Shown piece by piece: positions 29,490 through 37,261 of a stretch of 64,000 nt of DNA. The position numbers were made by a program, and so were the translations under genes. The notes under the pieces are model-generated. The model did not search any database, was not told where the DNA came from, and saw only the letters and a program-made list of their open reading frames with translations. The stretch lies in sequence record KC690136; one strand, 5' to 3'. The stretch comes from Escherichia phage JES2013. Numbering within the stretch: position 1 is the first letter of the stretch; every line of letters begins with the position of its first letter.

Positions 29490-29565
29490 TGGTGCTGATG
29501 GCAGGACTTGAACCTGCAACCTATTGATTACAAATCAATTGCACTACCAATTGTGCTACATCAGC
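29490..29565 (-). tRNA. tRNA-Thr (anticodon UGU)
   Basis: Manual fold: acceptor GCTGATG/CATCAGC, D-arm GCAC/GTGC, anticodon loop TTTGTAA, T-arm GCAGG TTCAAGT CCTGC, encoded CCA. Confidence 0.65.
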
Positions 29566-29570
29566 AAAAA

Positions 29571-29661
29571 GGTGCTAGGTGATGGAGTCGAACCACCCGA
29601 ATCGCAATGATAACAGATTTACAGTCTGCCCCGCTACCCCTACGGAATTAACTCACCTAAA
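29571..29661 (-). tRNA. tRNA-Tyr-like (anticodon GUA), atypical 5' half; 5' boundary uncertain
   Basis: Anticodon arm GCAGA CTGTAAA TCTGT identical in core to bacterial tRNA-Tyr; canonical T-arm GGTGG TTCGACT CCATC; long variable region; acceptor/D-arm pairing not resolved by hand. Confidence 0.45.
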
Positions 29662-29787
29662 TACTAATATTTAAATTCTTTTTAAAATAGCTAGTGTTCT
29701 CACCACTAACTATGAGGTATCGGTAAAGTGGTTACCGCCACTTGCCGAAGATTTACTCTGCTAAAGTAAGCTACATTAAAAAGAACT

Positions 29788-29862
29788 TGGCACCCCGTAC
29801 TGGACTCGAACCAGTGTCAACGGCTTAGAAGGCCGCTGCTTTATCCACTAAGCTAACAGGGC
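29788..29862 (-). tRNA. tRNA-Arg (anticodon UCU)
   Basis: Manual fold: acceptor GCCCTGT/ACGGGGT with G-U pairs, anticodon loop CTTCTAA, T-arm ACTGG TTCGAGT CCAGT, encoded CCA. Confidence 0.65.
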
Positions 29863-29920
29863 ACTGGGTGGCTTTCTTTTACACCTTAGCCGCCAGAAAA
29901 GGTGGGAGACCATGTTTACA

Positions 29921-29949
29921 ATATTACACTGTTAAGCAAAGTTTGTCAA
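29921..29949 (-). promoter_or_regulatory. sigma70-like promoter for tRNA cluster
   Basis: Minus-strand TTGACA (29949-29944), 17-nt spacer, TAATAT (29926-29921), ~55 nt upstream of tRNA-Arg 5' end. Confidence 0.55.
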
Positions 29950-29958
29950 GAAAATATT

Positions 29959-30297
29959 TTAGCTATTGCTAACAGGCTGTATTTCTGTGGTAAACGGCAT
30001 AAAAGGTGCTGGTTTTTCAGCCTCTTCTACTACCACCTCTTCCTCTTCACCAAACATCTCATCATATTCTTCCTGCATTCGGTCTGCCTTATCAAGAACA
30101 TACTCTGCAATGCTTTGACGAATATTTTGTTTGGTTTTCGGGTCCAACATCAGCTCTCTTAAAACTTTGTGAGCTTCTGGAACCATCGCTATAAAAGATT
30201 CCTTCATATCAAGGATGTTCTTCTCTAGCTGAATGGCGTTGGACTCCTCTTTCAGAGGTCTGCCTCTACGGCGACGCTTTTTAGTTGTATCCGCCAT
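29959..30297 (-). CDS. hypothetical basic/acidic protein with AT-hook-like motif
   Basis: Track ORF trimmed to Met with GGAGG RBS (MADTTKKRRRRGRPLKEE...); RGRP motif; acidic C-terminus. Confidence 0.5.
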   Translation of the reverse strand: MADTTKKRRRRGRPLKEESNAIQLEKNILDMKESFIAMVPEAHKVLRELMLDPKTKQNIRQSIAEYVLDKADRMQEEYDEMFGEEEEVVVEEAEKPAPFMPFTTEIQPVSNS

Positions 30298-30645
30298 GTT
30301 TCCTCCATTATCACGTGATAGGTGGATTTTATCACAGCAAATACTGATTGTCAAGTTCGCCGCAGGGTGGTGTTCCCTGCGACTTGTCCAGCGTCCTGGA
30401 CCAGCAAGACCCAACAAGTGGGTTTTCCAGCTATACCCATTACCGCGCTCAGGCTCGACCTTATTACAGGTTGGCTGGGGTCACATCGTCATGTGCTGGC
30501 TGCCCCTACCATTTTAAGTGTGGTGCACTATCAAGCCCTCTAAGGGGAACTCAGTCTTCTCCGAACCCTGTTTCAAAGCATCCGGAGATAAAGCCATCAA
30601 ATTCATCTTTAAATTGGATATTCATCATGATACACGAAAACAACC

Positions 30646-30888
30646 TCATTGTAAAGCGCAAATAAATAAAACATACTTAATTTGTTTGTTATCAGGCTCA
30701 GGGTAGAAGTAGAAGATCTTGCTATCACCGATCTGAACACCACCATCCCAACAGCATAGCCCATAACCTGTATTCATACAAGCTAAGTCGTTGGCAAAAT
30801 CTATTGCATCATCCAGTGCACGAAATTCACCTTCATCTTCTAAATAATCCTCATTCATGGAACGAAAAACGAGCTTAACCTTAAACAT
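30646..30888 (-). CDS. hypothetical protein
   Basis: 80-aa ORF. Confidence 0.35.
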   Translation of the reverse strand: MFKVKLVFRSMNEDYLEDEGEFRALDDAIDFANDLACMNTGYGLCCWDGGVQIGDSKIFYFYPEPDNKQIKYVLFICALQ

Positions 30889-30964
30889 AGCATTACCTGT
30901 AGACCTCGTAAGTTAAAATTGTAGCACATCATATTGCAGATCTTATCAGGTAACACTGTTTTTG

Positions 30965-31174
30965 TCAACAGATTCCGGCCTTATCTCGCCTGTCTGCGTA
31001 TTCTTTAATCGCAACCTCATCTGCATTAGTGACCAGGTCTTCAAAGTAACTCTCAAGCTCCTCGTCAATGTCAGGAGACCAGCTCTTTTTCCTGTCAGTG
31101 TGAATTGCAGACTTGTTGAACTTATTACAGTTCTTTGCTACCGGGTTATTCATTAAGCGCTCCTCAGCGTTCAT
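30965..31174 (-). CDS. hypothetical protein
   Basis: 69-aa ORF overlapping upstream gene end. Confidence 0.35.
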   Translation of the reverse strand: MNAEERLMNNPVAKNCNKFNKSAIHTDRKKSWSPDIDEELESYFEDLVTNADEVAIKEYADRRDKAGIC

Positions 31175-31742
31175 AGTAAATTTTATTTAACATTACCTCA
31201 TCCTTTGCAGAAAGAATACCGAGATATGCATCACCGAATCTACCTGCAACAACCTCTGCATGATACATTACTTCGTTAATATCGTCAAGAGTGATAACTG
31301 GATGACCGTATCTCTCTGAGTATTGTCTCAGAGTGCGATGTAGAGAGTCATCATCATAGGCAGACTTTTTAATATCACAAACACGACGAATAGCCTTGAT
31401 GTCGAAAAACCCTGTACGATACCAACCAAGAAAAAGGTTTCGTGCAGTGTCAACATCTACATCAATACCATCAAGAACCTTATCTACAAGATAGCTATCA
31501 TCCTTTGGACTCGCTTCCTTAGTGCGGATATAGTTGCCATCTTTTCCAGGTGACAGCTCCTTCTCATCACCAGCCTTCATGTCATCATTTGGCGGGGTTA
31601 GCCACTTATCCGGATGCTTACGATCACGAGCGTTAGAATGATTACGCTGGAAACCTGGCTGCCACTTGAAAGTTTTCTCCATCTGTTCTTCATTCTGATA
31701 ACGTTTTGCAATCTTTTCACGGTCATCTTTGCGTGAACTCAT
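31164..31742 (-). CDS. hypothetical protein
   Basis: 192-aa ORF with GAGGAGG RBS upstream of ATG. Confidence 0.5.
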   Translation of the reverse strand: MSSRKDDREKIAKRYQNEEQMEKTFKWQPGFQRNHSNARDRKHPDKWLTPPNDDMKAGDEKELSPGKDGNYIRTKEASPKDDSYLVDKVLDGIDVDVDTARNLFLGWYRTGFFDIKAIRRVCDIKKSAYDDDSLHRTLRQYSERYGHPVITLDDINEVMYHAEVVAGRFGDAYLGILSAKDEVMLNKIYYER

Positions 31743-32246
31743 AGCTGCCTCCTCTTCAAGTTATAGAAAAACTCACTGTATCGCTTTGTAACGAGCTTTT
31801 CTATCAAACTGGTGCGATTGCATTACTTGGTATGGTTTATATAGCTGTGGAGCGATTTAGGGTCCTTCTTGTCCGTTTCCACACATAAACTTTATCCAAA
31901 CTCGCGCGGGAGGCTCTCAACCGACTCCTTACGGCGCTGGCAAGCTTTCGTCGGTGGCCCACATTAGTGCTCGGCCTTTGGCCTGCGCTATCGCTTCGCT
32001 CCCACACATGTTAACAGACCTGCATGTATGCACTTCTGTTATTGTGTGCACTATGGAGGCCCGGCATCTCGCCCCTCGTAGGCGAGTGCCAATGAAGGGC
32101 CGACACTACCCATAGTAAGTAATAAATTTAAAACATGGTACTTAGGATCTAATATATTCTACATAAGTTAAGTATATGTACTTTAGTACCATAAGTACTA
32201 GATCTTTTATTTTTTATTATTCAGTTATTTTAGTTATATTCTTTAT

Positions 32247-32311
32247 GTGTCCGTATCACGGACAGTTAGTGTCCGTATTACGGGCAGTAGTGTCCGTATC
32301 ACGGACAGTTA
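32247..32311. repeat. three tandem copies of a palindromic ~16-bp site (GTCCGTATCACGGAC) at 22-bp spacing; iteron/operator-like array
   Basis: Copies at ~32249-32265, 32271-32287 (variant GTCCGTATTACGGGC), 32293-32309; preceded by AT-rich tract 32111-32245. Confidence 0.6.
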
Positions 32312-32382
32312 GTGGACTCTGTTCCAGAGCGAACATAAAACATACGAATCCTTATAGTACAGATATTTAAGTTTTTACTGGT

Positions 32383-32733
32383 CTAACCAGTTGTTGACAT
32401 CCGAATAACCTCTTCTGGTGGCAAAACTTTGGAAAATGTGCATCTTTTACCTCTCCCTTGTGTGGATGTTTCAACCACCCCCGCACACTCTAAAGTTTTA
32501 ACGCACGCTGCTGCTTTTGTTTTCTTTATCCCAACATCTGCTGCAATTTTCCTTGTGCTTGGTGTGAAGCGTGAATTTCCTCCAAGCTTATACCAGTTGT
32601 GCAGGTAGCAGTATACAATCTTGTCATACAAGTCAAGAACAACAACCTCTCCAGTTGTGTCATTCAAAACTTTTGACATAGACAGTATTTCAAGGGGGAC
32701 TTTAAGATATAGCAGCTTATCCCCATCTTTCAT
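32383..32733 (-). CDS. putative helix-turn-helix DNA-binding protein
   Basis: 116 aa; segment STRKIAADVGIKKTKAAACVKTLECAGVVE resembles an HTH/winged-helix; adjacent to the palindromic repeat array. Confidence 0.4.
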   Translation of the reverse strand: MKDGDKLLYLKVPLEILSMSKVLNDTTGEVVVLDLYDKIVYCYLHNWYKLGGNSRFTPSTRKIAADVGIKKTKAAACVKTLECAGVVETSTQGRGKRCTFSKVLPPEEVIRMSTTG

Positions 32734-32780
32734 ATCTCCTGATTCTCCTTGTGTGGCAATTTTCTTTAAAATAGCAGGGA

Positions 32781-33335
32781 TTACTCCCCGCTGTCAATAG
32801 CAAAACTCATTGCAATACGGTATGCTTCTTCTAATGGTAAGAGTCTCCCCCACACATCCCAACCGACATCAAGCTGCCTGCCAAACAACTGTTGTGTGGT
32901 TCCGTGAGCATGACCGAACAGTTGGACTGATCCATGAGGCTTTCTGTTCCACTTTGCAAACTGGTAATGGCTCATACAGATCAAATTCTTGTTGTGGCGA
33001 AGCTCGTAATAATCTACAACCTCGTGATAGAACTCTTTCATAATTCTGACAGTCGTCCTTGTGTCATGGTTGCCACGAACAAGAATAATATGTCCGTTCA
33101 ACATATTTAGAATATCCGGGAGTAAGTTGTTGATATTCTTATCATTAGTGCACGCAATATCTCCCAAGTGGAACACAGTGTCTGCAGGTGACACAACAGA
33201 GTTCCACTCGGCGATGATTCCTGCATTCATACTGTCAAGATTGTGATCATACTGAGATCTGTGTTTTTGACATGAATCAAACTCCATGACCCGCTGGTGG
33301 AGAAAGTGTGTGTCGCTTGTTACAAAGTATTTCAT
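32781..33335 (-). CDS. metallophosphoesterase (calcineurin-like phosphatase)
   Basis: Motifs DxH (VTSDTHF), GDxxD-like (HLGDIA), GNHD (RGNHD), GHxH (FGHAHG); start trimmed to Met preceded by GAGGA RBS. Confidence 0.65.
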   Translation of the reverse strand: MKYFVTSDTHFLHQRVMEFDSCQKHRSQYDHNLDSMNAGIIAEWNSVVSPADTVFHLGDIACTNDKNINNLLPDILNMLNGHIILVRGNHDTRTTVRIMKEFYHEVVDYYELRHNKNLICMSHYQFAKWNRKPHGSVQLFGHAHGTTQQLFGRQLDVGWDVWGRLLPLEEAYRIAMSFAIDSGE

Positions 33336-33342
33336 ACATTCC

Positions 33343-33753
33343 TCATTTAAGTTTAATGCAGTTTTTAAGCTGGCGTTCCATACGATCCACAACCCTGTCT
33401 GGAACATCATGAATGCTTTTATTACCGTGGCGGTTTTCAACCACGATCACGGTATAACTATACCCATGACTGATTGCCATGTCAACATATTCCTGCACAT
33501 GTTTTTCTTTTGTAAACGTATTACTTACCACGATACGGTCGTATCCCATACGCATCATATCTTCTACGTTATCTTTGCACCATTTTGCTGCGAGTGTTAC
33601 TTTACTTGCATCCCAGTTGTAATTGCCGTCATCGTCATACCAGAACATGTCGTTCTCAAAATGTGGATACAGACCTTCTAAAGATAGCGCATTTGCCAGT
33701 GTTGATTTGCCAGACCCTGGCAGACCACGCACGATATATAGCATTTTAGACAT
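33343..33753 (-). CDS. P-loop kinase, polynucleotide kinase-like
   Basis: Walker A GLPGSGKST at N-terminus similar to T4 Pnk kinase domain (GCPGSGKST); start at Met after GGAGG RBS. Confidence 0.55.
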   Translation of the reverse strand: MSKMLYIVRGLPGSGKSTLANALSLEGLYPHFENDMFWYDDDGNYNWDASKVTLAAKWCKDNVEDMMRMGYDRIVVSNTFTKEKHVQEYVDMAISHGYSYTVIVVENRHGNKSIHDVPDRVVDRMERQLKNCIKLK

Positions 33754-33871
33754 AGCAATCCTCCGTTTTAATTTTAATGATAGTATACCTAACTGTTTTG
33801 TTAATTTCAAGTGTTGACACTAGGTTATTTGTGTGGCAGGATAGACTGACAAAATGACAAATGAGGAACGT

Positions 33872-34789
33872 ATGATGAAGTATTTTAATGCAGACGATCT
33901 AGTTGACAAAGGTCTTGTAACCAGCAGATATTACCCAGATCTTGGATTAAAGATTTATAAATATGCCAGAAAAGTATTTTACAACAATTTATGGCATTTG
34001 TCCCCTCGTTTGCTGGAGTGCCGAGGCATTGTTGTCGGTAATGAAGGAAATGTTGTGGCATGGCCCTTCACAAAAGTGTTTAACTTGGGAGAAAATCACA
34101 CCAACCTGCCTGACAATAAGCTTGTGACGGCGGTAGAGAAAAAGAACGGATTCCTCGGTGTGGTGTCATCTCATAAAGGTGAACTATTGTTCTCAACAAC
34201 CGGATCTCTTGATTCCCCATATTGTAACCTCGCAAAGGAAACCATCCGGGAGCAATGTGGTAATTTAGATCTTATCAAGAAGGTTATGGGCAATGAAAAC
34301 ATGACATTCATGTTTGAAATTTGTCACCCTTCAGATCCGCATATTGTTCAGGAAGATCATGGCGCATATTTGATAGGTTGCAGATATAATGATTCTGGAA
34401 TAATGCTACCAGAAGCAGCTTTAGATGGGATTGCCAAATACCTTGGCGCAAAACGTCCTCACACTGTGCGTGAAATTCCGTTCAGCTATGCAAAAGAATT
34501 GGCTGCAGAAACAAGAGGTGAAGGGTATATGATTCGTAAGCCTTACTACCCTTATGATCTGCAGCTGAAGATCAAGTCTCCATACTATCTGGCACGGAAG
34601 GCCGTAATGAGGGGTAAAGCTTGGAAGATTTGGGATGATGATATCTTTAAACGTGTTGACGAAGAGTTTTACGGCATGGTAAACTTCATTCGTAGCAATT
34701 ACACAGAAGATGTGTGGAACTGCCTACTGGAGCAGGAACGCAGGGAGATACTCGACCACTATTTCCACAACGAGGACTATATGCAATGA
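33872..34789 (+). CDS. putative RNA ligase (Rnl1/tRNA-ligase-like nucleotidyltransferase)
   Basis: Candidate ligase motifs: I KKNG (VEKKNGFLG), IV EGYMIRK, V LQLKIK; start chosen at ATG with GAGGA RBS (track ORF begins at 33854). Confidence 0.5.
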   Translation: MMKYFNADDLVDKGLVTSRYYPDLGLKIYKYARKVFYNNLWHLSPRLLECRGIVVGNEGNVVAWPFTKVFNLGENHTNLPDNKLVTAVEKKNGFLGVVSSHKGELLFSTTGSLDSPYCNLAKETIREQCGNLDLIKKVMGNENMTFMFEICHPSDPHIVQEDHGAYLIGCRYNDSGIMLPEAALDGIAKYLGAKRPHTVREIPFSYAKELAAETRGEGYMIRKPYYPYDLQLKIKSPYYLARKAVMRGKAWKIWDDDIFKRVDEEFYGMVNFIRSNYTEDVWNCLLEQERREILDHYFHNEDYMQ

Positions 34790-35136
34790 AGAAGTTGATT
34801 GTGTGGCTGGATGATTTGAGAGATCCGTCAAATTATGGACTCCCAGACGCTGTTTGGCTGAAGAATTCCTCCGAGTTTATGGATTTTATTAACGATAAGG
34901 GAAAGCTCTACAGACGCGTTTCTGAGTGGCATATGGACAACGACCTAGGAGAAGTATTCGAAGGATATGATTGCCTATCCATGTTGGAGGAAAAATTTGT
35001 ATTCGGTAAGCCTCCCGTGGTTGACAACGTGAAGATTTTCGTACATACTTCTAATCCATCAGCGGCTCGTAAATTCATGCTTGCAGCTGACTCGTTTAAA
35101 AAGTTTGGAATAGAGATTAAACAAAACATCTACTGA
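34786..35136 (+). CDS. hypothetical small alpha/beta protein (possible receiver-like fold), partner of Sir2 gene
   Basis: 116 aa; ATGA overlap with upstream ligase gene; LIVWLDD and VHTSNP segments; no confident family assignment. Confidence 0.35.
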   Translation: MKKLIVWLDDLRDPSNYGLPDAVWLKNSSEFMDFINDKGKLYRRVSEWHMDNDLGEVFEGYDCLSMLEEKFVFGKPPVVDNVKIFVHTSNPSAARKFMLAADSFKKFGIEIKQNIY

Positions 35137-35144
35137 GGACACTT

Positions 35145-35906
35145 ATGCGACGACTGATTATTATCTCCGGTGCTGGTTTGAGCGCTGAATCTGGTATTCC
35201 CACTTTCCGATCTGGTAGCACTGCAATGTGGGAGAATTTCAGCATCGATGAGGTGTGCAACATCCACACCTTTGCCAAGAACTACTATAAGGTGCATGAC
35301 TTTTACAATGCACGTCGCGTAGCTCTGGGCAGTGTTGATCCTAACCTTGCACATCTTCGGATCGCTGAGTGGTATTCCCGCTGGTCTGGTCGTGTGATCA
35401 ACCTTACCACCAATGTAGATGATTTGCTGGAGCGTGCTGGTGTAAAACATGAAGATATTTTACATGTCCACGGGTATTTGCCTGAAATCACCTACGAAGA
35501 TGCTGAAGGTAATGATGTAATTAAAAATATCGGATACACGGAGGTAGATACAGGCAAGTATACCTGGGTTAAGCCCAATGTAGTGTTCTTCGGTGAGGTT
35601 GCTCCTAAGTATACAGACATGTATGACCTGTTGACATCTCTCACAAGCAATGATATGGTGATCCTGGTAGGTTGTTCTAACACAGTTATTAATTTTAACT
35701 GGGAATTGTTTCCTGCTACTTGTAAAGGCACAAAACTGCTGATTGTAAACAAGTATGATTCGCAGAGTGCAGATGGAAGTGGCATTTCACGTAGCGACCT
35801 TTATCAATATGAGGATCGCGGGATCCCTGTATGGTTTAACGGTGCTGTTGACGCTTTCTCTGATAAAGTATTTATTGAAACTGTAGAAAACTTTATGGAA
35901 CTTTAA
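35145..35906 (+). CDS. Sir2-family (sirtuin-like) NAD-binding protein lacking zinc ribbon
   Basis: Motifs GAGLSAESGIPTFR, catalytic-His region HVHGYL, FFGE; no Cys4 zinc-ribbon between them. Confidence 0.7.
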   Translation: MRRLIIISGAGLSAESGIPTFRSGSTAMWENFSIDEVCNIHTFAKNYYKVHDFYNARRVALGSVDPNLAHLRIAEWYSRWSGRVINLTTNVDDLLERAGVKHEDILHVHGYLPEITYEDAEGNDVIKNIGYTEVDTGKYTWVKPNVVFFGEVAPKYTDMYDLLTSLTSNDMVILVGCSNTVINFNWELFPATCKGTKLLIVNKYDSQSADGSGISRSDLYQYEDRGIPVWFNGAVDAFSDKVFIETVENFMEL

Positions 35907-35919
35907 AAGGAGACCTTTA

Positions 35920-36633
35920 ATGCTGAATACTAAACTGATCGACAACCTGGAAAAACTGTCTCAGCCTGAAAACTACCTTTGGTCTGCCAACTGGGTGGAA
36001 AACTGGAACCGTGTGGCAGCTAAGGTGAAAAAATCATACACACCATTCGAATTACAGCTTAGCTTCATTGAGGAAGAGTTCAATGAAGTTTTGGAAGAGC
36101 TGGAGAAAGGTGATGGTGGAGATCACTTGCTAAAAGAGGCCTGCGATCTTCATGTTGTCACAAGTTATGCCGCTTATCTTGTTAATGACAATCACGAAAA
36201 GTGGTCAAACCTGTTTGATAATCCACGAGGTATTAAGTTCAAGATTGGTGAGTTCTATGATACACTGATCGCTGCGAAAAACACCTCTAAGCAAAGAGCG
36301 TCTGCTTACCGCTTAGCAGAGTTGTCAACAGCTTTGCTGTTCCAGCTTCGCGGCGATGTGTGCGGGATGATGCGTAAGGTTCTCAAATCGAATGACAGCA
36401 AGTTTGCACGGGTCAACCATCTACGGTATTCACACGGTGCCAGTGCAGATATGCCTGCTGAACAACTCATCGAGTTGGAGATTAAAGATCTTGAGCGACG
36501 CTTTGATGGTCGATATGAAGGTTTTGTTGCTAAGGAAGAATTCTACAACGGTAATAAAGTTATCATATTCCTTGACAGTAAAGGTAAGATCATGAAGCCT
36601 TCAAGCTTCAAGGATGTAACAGAGTATATTTAA
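35920..36633 (+). CDS. putative MazG-like nucleotide pyrophosphohydrolase domain protein
   Basis: 237 aa; acidic helix pattern FIEEEFNEVLEELEKGDGGDHLLKEACDL resembling all-alpha NTP pyrophosphatase metal-binding motif; AAAGGAGA RBS. Confidence 0.4.
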   Translation: MLNTKLIDNLEKLSQPENYLWSANWVENWNRVAAKVKKSYTPFELQLSFIEEEFNEVLEELEKGDGGDHLLKEACDLHVVTSYAAYLVNDNHEKWSNLFDNPRGIKFKIGEFYDTLIAAKNTSKQRASAYRLAELSTALLFQLRGDVCGMMRKVLKSNDSKFARVNHLRYSHGASADMPAEQLIELEIKDLERRFDGRYEGFVAKEEFYNGNKVIIFLDSKGKIMKPSSFKDVTEYI

Positions 36634-36666
36634 CAACATAGCCGGGATCACCCGGCTTTACTTGTT

Positions 36667-37005
36667 GTGGAAAGTATGCAAGTGAGGCAGATAGTTATGT
36701 ACAAGCACTCTAGAGATCTTGAAAACGATGCTGTGTTTGGGGATCAGATGAAAGAGTTGGTTAAACTCATAGGCAGGATAGAGGATAAGTTTGACACTAA
36801 GATCTACATCGACAGCAAAGTATTCAACCACAAAATATGGACAAATCTGTGTGTTGGACTACATGGAGATAAAGATGTTGTAAATTTAGTTGTAATTAGG
36901 TTCATAGTGTGGCAGAATAAAACTATAAATTATTACGATCCACACCTGCTTGTTTACCCGATAAAAGACCTATTAGATAAGGAGGACTGCAATGCCGTTA
37001 TTTAA
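36667..37005 (+). CDS. hypothetical protein
   Basis: 112-aa ORF. Confidence 0.4.
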   Translation: MESMQVRQIVMYKHSRDLENDAVFGDQMKELVKLIGRIEDKFDTKIYIDSKVFNHKIWTNLCVGLHGDKDVVNLVVIRFIVWQNKTINYYDPHLLVYPIKDLLDKEDCNAVI

Positions 37006-37261
37006 TCTTGCTAAACCTGTAGAAGCACACCAGTTTGACGGAAGCTCTTCATCAGTATCTGATCTGCAACGGTGGATTGATACAGGTGTGTTTACATCGT
37101 CACCTGTTCGGACCAGAGATCTTCGTCGTATGTGTGAGCTTGTAGAGCCGTTTGGTAACCTAGTCTTGTACCAGGGTGATTGGCTTGTTGATTTTATGGG
37201 GGACTGGTTGGTAATGAGTAAAGAAGAGATGTTTAAAATTTTTAAGGAAGAGGTAGAGTAA
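36992..37261 (+). CDS. hypothetical protein
   Basis: 89-aa ORF overlapping neighbours. Confidence 0.4.
   Translation: MPLFNLAKPVEAHQFDGSSSSVSDLQRWIDTGVFTSSPVRTRDLRRMCELVEPFGNLVLYQGDWLVDFMGDWLVMSKEEMFKIFKEEVE

Noticed and set aside
32247-32311. CRISPR array
   Set aside because: Only three copies, units are palindromic and abut each other at 22-bp phase without unique spacers; fits an operator/iteron array, not CRISPR.
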